Source: Fidelibacterota bacterium (lineage in GTDB: Bacteria; Fidelibacterota; Marinisomatia; Marinisomatales; TCS56). From it: DNA of 17,585 bases. Numbering within the stretch: the first letter of the stretch is position 1; every line of letters begins with the position of its first letter. Below, in pieces: positions 10,310 to 17,382 of this stretch. The notes under the pieces were generated by a model. The model was not told the DNA's origin. It was given only the letters and a program-made list of their open reading frames with translations, and did not search any database. Made by a program: the position numbers and the translations under genes. The DNA lies in assembly GCA_043822705.1 (NCBI GenBank), contig JBDRBK010000214.1:1-17585 (forward strand), given 5' to 3'.

Positions 10310-11415
10310 CCGGACCGGCTAACCTGCGGATCGTCATCGCCGGCGGCGGTACCGGCGGCCACCTGTATCCGGCTCTGGCGATCGGGGAAGGAATTTTGCG
10401 ACGGGAACCGGCGGCCGGCATCCATTATGTCGGTTCGCGCTTCGGCCTGGAAGCAACAGTGCTGCCGGCCAAAGAATTGACTCACACGCTGCTGGCGATC
10501 AGGGGGTTTCAACGCGGCCGGGATGCCCGCAGTATCAGTCGCAACCTGCTGTTTCCGGTCCGGGTGCTGGCGGCCTACCGCCAGGCAATAAGGCTGATCA
10601 ACCGGAATAAACCGACTGTCGTGGTCGGCACCGGCGGCTATGCCAGCGGCCTGCCGCTGCTGGCGGCTACCCGCCGCGGTATCCCGACCCTGATCCAGGA
10701 ACAGAACTCCTACCCCGGCATCACCACCCGCAAACTGGCTGCGCGGGTCGACCGGGTCTGCCTGGGCTTTGCCGATGCCCGGCAATTCCTGCCGGAGATT
10801 CCCACGATTCTGACCGGCAACCCGGTCCGGGAAGGAATCGCCGCTGGCGACCGGACGCAAGCCGCCCAATTTTTTAACCTGGATGCCGACCGGCCGACCG
10901 TATTTCTGTTCGGCGGCAGCCAGGGATCGGAAATTCTCAATCGCAGTCTGGCTTTCATCGCCCCGCAACTACGCCAGCAGGAAATTCAGGTTTTGTGGCA
11001 GACCGGAACGGCCAATTTCGGCGAATACCACCAATTCGATTCGACCGGCTGCCGTGTGGTTCCGTTCATCGACCGGATGGCCGATGCTTATGCCCTGGCG
11101 GACCTGGTACTGTCCCGGGCCGGCGCCCTGGCCCTGGCGGAAATCACCTTATGCGCTAAACCGGCCTTGCTGGTGCCGCTGGCCAGCGCCGCCGCCGACC
11201 ACCAGACCAAAAACGCCGCAAGTCTGGTAAAACAGGGCGCCGCCCGGATGATCGCCGAAAGCGAACTGACCCGCGAAAATTTATTCCAACAGATTTTTAA
11301 ATTAATCCGGGATAAAAAGCTACTCCGGCAGATGGGGCAGACGGCCTTGTCGCTGGCCCATCCCGACGCAACCGAATTGATTGTCAACCAAATCCTGGAA
11401 ATGGCCCGAAGCTGA
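10297..11415 (+). CDS. murG: Undecaprenyl-PP-MurNAc-pentapeptide GlcNAc transferase MurG
   Basis: GGGTGGHLYP, GTGGYAS, QEQN, TGNPVR, GGSQGS, SRAGA and HQTKNA motifs. Exact start uncertain (GTG 10297 or TTG 10306). Confidence 0.96.
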   Translation: MVELTGPANLRIVIAGGGTGGHLYPALAIGEGILRREPAAGIHYVGSRFGLEATVLPAKELTHTLLAIRGFQRGRDARSISRNLLFPVRVLAAYRQAIRLINRNKPTVVVGTGGYASGLPLLAATRRGIPTLIQEQNSYPGITTRKLAARVDRVCLGFADARQFLPEIPTILTGNPVREGIAAGDRTQAAQFFNLDADRPTVFLFGGSQGSEILNRSLAFIAPQLRQQEIQVLWQTGTANFGEYHQFDSTGCRVVPFIDRMADAYALADLVLSRAGALALAEITLCAKPALLVPLASAAADHQTKNAASLVKQGAARMIAESELTRENLFQQIFKLIRDKKLLRQMGQTALSLAHPDATELIVNQILEMARS

Positions 11416-12815
11416 TGTTCAGAAAAGTGAAAAAAGTGCATTTTGTCGGTATCGGCGGCATCGGCATGAGCGGTATTGCCGAATTGCTGCTGAACCTGGA
11501 TTTCAAAATCAGCGGGTCCGATATGATGGATTCGGAGATCATCGAACGCCTGCACCGCCTGGGAGCGACAATTTACAAGGGCCATCGCGGCGATCAGGTC
11601 CGGGACTGCGACGTACTGGTCTATTCCAGCGCCGTTCAGGAGGATAATCCGGAGCTACAGGCCGCCCGGGAACAGGGCATTCCGATTATCCGGCGGGCCG
11701 AGATGCTGGGTGAGCTGATCGCCGTCAAGGAATTGAGCATCGGCGTCGCCGGCACGCACGGCAAAACCACGACCACTTCCATGATCGGCTCGGTGCTGTC
11801 CACTGCCGGACTGGATCCGACCCTGGTCGTCGGCGGTCTGGTGAAAAATATTGATACAAATTCGCGTTTGGGCGCCGGATCGGTGATCGTGGTGGAAGCC
11901 GATGAATTCGATCGCAGTTTTTTGGCCCTGCGCCCCACGATCGCCATTGTCACCAATATTGAGCTGGAACATACCGATTGCTACGCCGATCTGGAGGACC
12001 TGCAGGGCGCGTTCACCCAGTTCTGCAATTCCGCCCCCTTCTACGGGGCCATTATCGCCTGCCTGGATTCGCCGGGTGTCCAGGGAATCCTCAGTGAAGT
12101 AAAACGACCGGTCACCACCTACGGATTCTCCAACCAGGCCCAGTTCCGGGCGGAGAATATCCGGTACCAGGAAAGCACGACCAGTTTCAGCGTCATTCAG
12201 GAAGGCGTCGTCATTGGTGAAATCAGCCTCAATTCACCGGGCCGCCATAATGTGCTGAATGCCCTGGCCGCCGTGGCCCTGGGACTGGAAATGGGCCTCG
12301 AGTTCACCACGATCAGGGATGGGCTGGCCGCTTATCCCGGTGTGCGGCGGCGTTTCGAGATCAAGGGCGTCACCGGCGATATCATGGTCGTGGACGATTA
12401 CGCCCATCATCCCACCGAAGTAGCGGCCACCCTGCAGGCCGCCCGGAAGGGCTGGGACCGGCGCATCGTGGCGGTTTTCCAACCCCATCTGTTCAGCCGC
12501 ACCCGCGATTTCTACCGCGAATTTGCCACCGCTTTCCTGGCCAGCGATGTTCTGGTCGTCACCGACATTTATGCCGCCCGCGAGCTGCCGCAACCGGGGA
12601 TTACCGGCGAAATGGTGGCCCAGGCGGCCCGCGAATCGGGCCACAAACAGGTCAGCTACGTGCCTGATTTGGATGATTTGATTCCGCAACTGCAGGCGCT
12701 GATCCGGCCCGGCGATATGGTAATCACCATCGGCGCCGGCAATATCTGGCGCTACAGTGATAAACTTTACCAGGTGCTGGAAGGCAGTCTTCCGGACCAG
12801 GGCAACCATGGCTAA
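11415..12815 (+). CDS. murC: UDP-MurNAc:L-Ala ligase MurC
   Basis: HFVGIGGIGMSGIA, RAEMLGEL, AGTHGKTTTTSM, EADEFD, RRFE, DDYAHHPTEV and FQPHLFSRT motifs. Confidence 0.98.
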   Translation: MFRKVKKVHFVGIGGIGMSGIAELLLNLDFKISGSDMMDSEIIERLHRLGATIYKGHRGDQVRDCDVLVYSSAVQEDNPELQAAREQGIPIIRRAEMLGELIAVKELSIGVAGTHGKTTTTSMIGSVLSTAGLDPTLVVGGLVKNIDTNSRLGAGSVIVVEADEFDRSFLALRPTIAIVTNIELEHTDCYADLEDLQGAFTQFCNSAPFYGAIIACLDSPGVQGILSEVKRPVTTYGFSNQAQFRAENIRYQESTTSFSVIQEGVVIGEISLNSPGRHNVLNALAAVALGLEMGLEFTTIRDGLAAYPGVRRRFEIKGVTGDIMVVDDYAHHPTEVAATLQAARKGWDRRIVAVFQPHLFSRTRDFYREFATAFLASDVLVVTDIYAARELPQPGITGEMVAQAARESGHKQVSYVPDLDDLIPQLQALIRPGDMVITIGAGNIWRYSDKLYQVLEGSLPDQGNHG

Positions 12816-13572
12816 AATCAGGAAAAAGCGTAATCTCACGGCCTATGTCTGGATTGCCGGCCTGACCGTATCGCTGGCAAGTCTGGTGCTGGTGGCGTTT
12901 CACTGGATCGACCGCACCCAATTGCTGCGGCTGGAGCAGATTGCGATCTCCGGTAACTCGATTCTGACCGACCGGGAAATCAGCGAGCTGCTGGGCGACC
13001 TGTCCGGCAGTATTCTGCCTGAACTCAATTTGTCCGAGCTGACGGTGCAACTGGAAGCCCATCCCTACGTGGCCGCGGCCCGCCTGAGTGTCGGCTACCC
13101 GCACCTGCTGAAAGTCGAAATTATCGAACGCCAACCGCTGGTCATGGTCAACCAGGCCGAGCTGTTTCTGCTGGATCGTGAAGGGGTCTGCCTGCCGATG
13201 ATTCCCCAGGCCTTCGAATACCAGATTCCGGCCTTATCGGGATTCAATCCCGACCGGGACTTGTATCCGCTGGGCCGGCCGGCGGTCTCGGTGAAAATGA
13301 AGGAAACGATCCGGTTGTTACGGAATGTACACGATAACTATCCCGCCCTGTTTCGCGAATTATCCGAAGTGACGCTCAGTCAGGATGATGAATACATGCT
13401 GATTCTCACCAACCGTCCGACCAGAATCAATCTGGGGAAAGCATCAATCATGCGCAAGATCGCCACCCTGATGGCTTTCGACCAGGCTTTGCAGGGTCGC
13501 AAGGCATTGACCGATTATAATTATCTCGATCTGCGCTTCAGTAAACAAATTATTGCCCGGGAATGGTCATGA
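12808..13572 (+). CDS. ftsQ: Cell division protein FtsQ/DivIB
   Basis: Basic N-tail and single TM, POTRA-like region (IAISGNSIL...HPYVAAARLSVGYPHLLKVEIIERQP) and C-terminal YLDLRFSKQII. Start placed at ATG 12808 (MAKIRKK), overlapping the end of murC. Confidence 0.88.
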   Translation: MAKIRKKRNLTAYVWIAGLTVSLASLVLVAFHWIDRTQLLRLEQIAISGNSILTDREISELLGDLSGSILPELNLSELTVQLEAHPYVAAARLSVGYPHLLKVEIIERQPLVMVNQAELFLLDREGVCLPMIPQAFEYQIPALSGFNPDRDLYPLGRPAVSVKMKETIRLLRNVHDNYPALFRELSEVTLSQDDEYMLILTNRPTRINLGKASIMRKIATLMAFDQALQGRKALTDYNYLDLRFSKQIIAREWS

Positions 13573-14840
13573 ATCCATTAAATCGTCGACAGGATAAACA
13601 AGTGCACGTCGGAATCGATATCGGTTCCTCAAAAATCTGCTGTGCTATCGTGGAAACCAATCCGGCAAATAACGCCACCAAGGTGCTGGGTCTCGGTTCG
13701 AAGCCTTTCAGCGGGATGCGCAAGGGCAGCCTGATCCATATTGACAAAACCATCGATACCCTGGAAGAAGTATTGCGGGAAGCGGAATTGATGGCCAATG
13801 TCAAGGTGGAACGGGCGGTGCTGAGCCTTTCCGGTGAACACATCCGGGGCATCAATACACAGGGCGCGATTGCAGTCCACAAAAGCAGTACGCAGAATAT
13901 TCCAGTCGAACATGAAATCAACGCCCAGGACGTCCATCGCGTGCTGGAGCTGTCCAAGGCGATCTCCCTGCCCATGGACCGCGATATCCTGCATGTTTTG
14001 CCCCAGGAGTATATCATCGACACGATGGGCAGCATCAAGGATCCTGTGGGCATGTCGGGCCGGCGGCTGGAGGCCAAGATTCATTTGATCACGACCGCCA
14101 CCACCGCCGCCAAGAATATCGCCAAATGCGCCGAGGAACTGGGGATTCAGGTCGAAGGTCTGGTTTTCCAGGCCCTGAGCGCCTCCCTGCCCACCCTGAC
14201 CCGGGACGAAAAAGAACTGGGCGTCGCCCTGGTGGATATCGGCGCCGGCACCACCGATATCACCGTATATCACGAAGGCGGCGTGCGGCATTCGGCCGTG
14301 CTGGGGATCGGCGCCAACAGCATTACCCACGATATCGCCATGATGCTACAGATCAGCATCGAGGAAGCGGAAAAGATAAAATTGAAATATGCCTCGGCCA
14401 AGGCCGCCATGTCTTCCACGGAACTTGATTTCGAACTGCCCGCTGCTGAGGGTGAGCTCGTCCGGCGGGTAACCGAGCACGAATTATCGCGCTATGTGGA
14501 GGCCCGGATGGTGGAGGTCTTTCAGATGGTGGCGCGGGAAATATCGCGGGCCGATATCCACGAACGGCTGACCTTCGGCGTCGTCCTCACCGGCGGTGGG
14601 GCAATGCTACGGAATATCGTATCGCTGGCCAGCGAGGTATTCCAGGAGCCGGTGCGGATCGGAACACCCAAAGGTATCAGTGGTGTCGTCGATGTTGCTT
14701 CCAGCCCGATTTATGCCACCGTGCTGGGTCTGACACAGTGGAAGACCCGGGAAGAAGAATTCAATCCCGGCCTGCTGCCTGATAAAACATTGAATCAGGT
14801 CTGGGGAAAATTGAAGAAATGGTTCAAGGAATTTTTTTAA
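13563..14840 (+). CDS. ftsA: Cell division protein FtsA
   Basis: GIDIGSSKI, PVGMSGRRLE, LVDIGAGTTD, VVLTGGGA and a C-terminal amphipathic helix (WGKLKKWFKEFF). Start could be 13563 or 13569. Confidence 0.97.
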   Translation: MVMNPLNRRQDKQVHVGIDIGSSKICCAIVETNPANNATKVLGLGSKPFSGMRKGSLIHIDKTIDTLEEVLREAELMANVKVERAVLSLSGEHIRGINTQGAIAVHKSSTQNIPVEHEINAQDVHRVLELSKAISLPMDRDILHVLPQEYIIDTMGSIKDPVGMSGRRLEAKIHLITTATTAAKNIAKCAEELGIQVEGLVFQALSASLPTLTRDEKELGVALVDIGAGTTDITVYHEGGVRHSAVLGIGANSITHDIAMMLQISIEEAEKIKLKYASAKAAMSSTELDFELPAAEGELVRRVTEHELSRYVEARMVEVFQMVAREISRADIHERLTFGVVLTGGGAMLRNIVSLASEVFQEPVRIGTPKGISGVVDVASSPIYATVLGLTQWKTREEEFNPGLLPDKTLNQVWGKLKKWFKEFF

Positions 14841-14879
14841 CAGATTTAACGTAAACCCTTTAATTGAAGGAGTCTATCT

Positions 14880-16079
14880 ATGTTGTTTGAATTCGATTAC
14901 CTGGCCGAACAGAAAGCGAAACTGAAGGTCATCGGAGTTGGTGGCGCCGGTGGCAATGCCATCAATCGCATGATCCAGACCGGTATGCATGGCGTTGATT
15001 TCATTGCCATTAACACCGATGCCCAGGACCTGGAGAACAATGCGGCAATGCACAAGGTGCAGATCGGCAAGAGCCTGACCAAAGGTCTGGGTGCCGGTGC
15101 CAAGGCCGAGATCGGCCGCGAGGCGATTGAGACTGACAAGGAAGCTGTTCAGGCGCTCCTGGAGGATGTGGACATGGTCTTCATCACCGCCGGGATGGGT
15201 GGCGGGACCGGTACCGGCGCCGCCCCGGTGATCGCCCAACTGGCCCGGGAAATGAAGATTCTGACGGTCGGCATCGTGACCCTGCCCTTCAATTTCGAAG
15301 GCCCCAAACGGATGCAACGGGCCATCACTGGTCTGGTGGAATTGCGTAAAGCCTGCGATACGATGATAGCCATTCCCAACCAGAAATTGATGACCGTCGT
15401 CGATAAATCCACCACAGTCATGGAGGCGTTCAAAACTGCCGATTCAACCCTGCACCAGGCCGTCCAGGGAATTTCCGACCTGATCAACGTACACGGCTTA
15501 ATCAACTTGGATTTTGCCGATGTGGAAACGATCATGAAAAACATGGGTGATGCCATCATGGGTACCGGCGTCGCCAGCGGCGAGGAACGGGCCGTACTGG
15601 CCGCCCAACAGGCCATTTCCAGTCCGCTGCTGGACAATGCCCAGATCAGCGGCGCCCAGGGTGTGCTGGTAAACATCACCGGCGGTCCCGATCTGACGCT
15701 GATCGAAGTCGACGAAGCCACCTCGATTATCTTCGAAGAAGCCGGCCAGGATGCCAATATCATCTTCGGCGCCGTGATCGACCCCAGCATGACCGAAGAA
15801 ATCAGGGTGACCGTGATCGCCACCGGATTCAATCATTCCGATTTTGTCGAAGAGGAAAAACGCCAGCCGCAGCGCGCGGAACAGCGTTATGAAAGCCATA
15901 TCCCAGCCCACGCCGAGCATATCAATATGCCGCTGATCAGTCAGAAACAGAATAAGCAGTACGTCCCCGAACAACCGGCGCTGGCCGCAAAACCACGCTT
16001 CGTGTTCGATGACACCAATCCGTCACTGTTTGATAACGATCTGGAAATTCCGGCCTTTCTGCGGCAGCAGCATAAATAA
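14880..16079 (+). CDS. ftsZ: Cell division GTPase FtsZ
   Basis: GVGGAGGNA, tubulin signature GMGGGTGTG, INLDFADV and C-terminal core DLEIPAFLR. A clear SD (GAAGGAG) lies just upstream. Confidence 0.99.
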   Translation: MLFEFDYLAEQKAKLKVIGVGGAGGNAINRMIQTGMHGVDFIAINTDAQDLENNAAMHKVQIGKSLTKGLGAGAKAEIGREAIETDKEAVQALLEDVDMVFITAGMGGGTGTGAAPVIAQLAREMKILTVGIVTLPFNFEGPKRMQRAITGLVELRKACDTMIAIPNQKLMTVVDKSTTVMEAFKTADSTLHQAVQGISDLINVHGLINLDFADVETIMKNMGDAIMGTGVASGEERAVLAAQQAISSPLLDNAQISGAQGVLVNITGGPDLTLIEVDEATSIIFEEAGQDANIIFGAVIDPSMTEEIRVTVIATGFNHSDFVEEEKRQPQRAEQRYESHIPAHAEHINMPLISQKQNKQYVPEQPALAAKPRFVFDDTNPSLFDNDLEIPAFLRQQHK

Positions 16080-16101
16080 GTCCAACAACAACATAGATAG
16101 T

Positions 16102-16135
16102 AAAACCCATTTCCCAAATTCTGAAAATGGTTTTT
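16102..16135. terminator. Possible bidirectional intrinsic terminator after ftsZ
   Basis: Imperfect inverted repeat AAAACCCATTT(16102-16112)...AAAATGGTTTTT(16124-16135) with A/T tracts on both sides. It pairs better on the minus strand (extra G-U pairs). Confidence 0.45.
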
Positions 16136-16516
16136 GTAAATGGATCAATCGTTCGACAGTACCATCCAACGACCGGATTACTCTATCAAACTGATTTCTT
16201 AAGAATATAATTAACTTAATGAGCGATCATACAGTTCGCAAACGCTCAAAATTGATTTCAACAATTAGCTAAGTCAATCATATATTCTATCAAATAGCTG
16301 AACAGGATATTATGATGAGTGGTACATTAACTTAAACGTGGATTGAATTTTGGAAACCAAGTCGAATGTTTAATCAACTCATTTCAGTGTCGATGAAAAT
16401 GCCTGCTATAATTTTATTGATTTGTAATCCTCCCTGTATTTAGGGCCATTGATAATGCAAAGTACTCGGCTAAACTTGGAGCTGGAGTGTCCAAAAGAAT
16501 TAAAAGACGAACACTA

Positions 16517-16819
16517 ATAAATACACAATGGGGACCAAATCTGTTCGATTCAATCCCCACTCACTTTTAGATCGCCTTAGCTTTCTAACTGTGCCAAGCT
16601 ACGGTTAGCCCACCTTTCCCTTGCGGGAACAGCCGCTATTAATACTTTGTACCACCTGCCAGCCTTATTCCGACCACCATTACGGTTACTCCATCCGCAA
16701 TATATCTTTGCAGACATAGTGTTTCTGAAGTGGGCCGGTTTTCTGCCAGCATTAAGGACAAGTTTTTAAAAGAGCCTGCTTTTTCAAGCCAGTGTATTAT
16801 CTCTCACCTGGTGAAAGAT
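16517..16819 (-). ncRNA. Candidate ~300-nt highly structured non-coding RNA, family unassigned
   Basis: No ORF. Many nested helices found by eye, two GNRA-capped hairpins, a 5'/3' closing helix and G-U pairs valid only on the minus strand. Promoter directly upstream; 14-bp hairpin with U-rich tail at the 3' end. Confidence 0.65.
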
Positions 16820-16846
16820 GTTATAGTATAGCACAGAAAAAGTCAA
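16818..16846 (-). promoter_or_regulatory. Putative sigma70-type promoter driving the candidate ncRNA
   Basis: Minus strand: TTGACT (16846-16841), 17 bp, TAACAT (16823-16818). An overlapping extended -10 TG-C-TATACT (16833-16825) would start transcription at ~16819. Confidence 0.6.
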
Positions 16847-17059
16847 CCATTATTCAATGTTTTAACAAATCTGTTCTTAAAATATCCGACTCTAATAGGC
16901 TCACTCAATTCCAGTTAACTGGCTCCTGACCAGGTCTGGATCGAAACGGAGTAATGACGATCAAGATTGATGATACAGGTGTCCGAAAAGTCCAGGAAGG
17001 GGTATATCCGATTTTTTTATGTTAATATCCAATGATTAATTGAGATCCTCAAAGTTGTT

Positions 17060-17216
17060 CTATCCAGCTATTCTTTTATAAGCAGACACCATTATCTTGG
17101 GCTGCATGATCGTAATTTTACGCAGGTAGTGTGGGATGCATTCTGTGTATAGCAGATACTGATTTGTACTGCAAAATCGCTGTCAGCATTTATCCCACGA
17201 TGTAATTCTTGGATAG
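17060..17216 (-). ncRNA. Candidate bridge RNA/seekRNA in the IS110 non-coding end
   Basis: Begins 2 nt after the recombinase stop. Closing stem 17216-17210/17066-17060 (CUAUCCA/UGGAUAG). Long interrupted stem-loop closed by GUGGGAU(17198-17192)/AUCCCAC(17137-17131). Second, weaker stem-loop at 17125-17102. Confidence 0.5.
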
Positions 17217-17218
17217 GG

Positions 17219-17382
17219 TTAAGCGATTCCGACCTCATAGATTGTTTCGTTAAGTAGCACGAAGCGGATGCGTCGTAACAGTTTTCTTGCTATACGAATG
17301 ATAGCACGATTGCCATTCATGCGATTTGTCAAGTTTTGGTAGGTGCGAATTAGGCCTGGATCATTCCTTAATGCTGCCCAGC
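17219..17382 (-). pseudogene. IS110-family (IS116/IS110/IS902-domain) transposase/recombinase, C-terminal fragment
   Basis: Manual translation of 17380-17219: WAALRNDPGLIRTYQNLTNRMNGNRAIIRIARKLLRRIRFVLLNETIYEVGIA*. This fits the recalled IS110 C-terminal pattern W.A.R.DP....Y.....R....AI..IARKL..RI..VL.....Y. Absent from the ORF track because it has no suitable start. Similarity stops at 17382. Confidence 0.8.

Larger units (their letters stand above)
17017..17382 (-). mobile_element. 3' portion of an IS110-family element (recombinase C-terminus plus downstream non-coding end)
   Basis: Recombinase C-terminal fragment at 17219-17382, then ~200 nt of structured non-coding DNA. The outer end at ~17017 is tentative: minus-strand TTGGATATTAACATA looks like the -35-bearing right tip of IS110 elements. 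Confidence 0.65.

Noticed and set aside
12757..12807. 17-aa N-terminal extension of FtsQ
   Set aside because: It lies within murC; ATG 12808 gives a typical basic tail followed by the TM segment.
669..15974. Many antisense and alternate-frame ORFs within the dcw operon (for example 2554..3486 -, 7698..8846 -, 10204..10968 -, 15149..15832 -)
   Set aside because: They overlap well-supported genes and show no recognisable motifs; such shadow ORFs are expected in GC-rich coding DNA.
16009..16194. 61-aa ORF overlapping the end of ftsZ
   Set aside because: It starts inside ftsZ out of frame, has no SD or motif, and runs through the probable terminator.
16545..16660. Riboswitch-like fragments on the minus strand: GGUGGUAC (T-box-like), GCUAAC and GGGGAUUGAAUC (c-di-AMP-like), GGCACA..GAAA (c-di-GMP-I-like)
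   Set aside because: The fragments are incomplete or in the wrong order, and there is no downstream ORF to regulate.
16954..17025. Small + strand ORF MTIKIDDTGVRKVQEGVYPIFLC (also a 20-aa ORF at 16455-16517)
   Set aside because: Very short, GGAG is only 2 nt from the ATG, and there is no recognisable motif.
16747..17376. 12-bp inverted match CAGCATTAAGGA (16747-16758) versus 17365-17376, suggesting antisense pairing of the ncRNA with IS110 mRNA
   Set aside because: One 12-mer within ~1.5 kb of AT-rich DNA is plausible by chance, and it does not extend.
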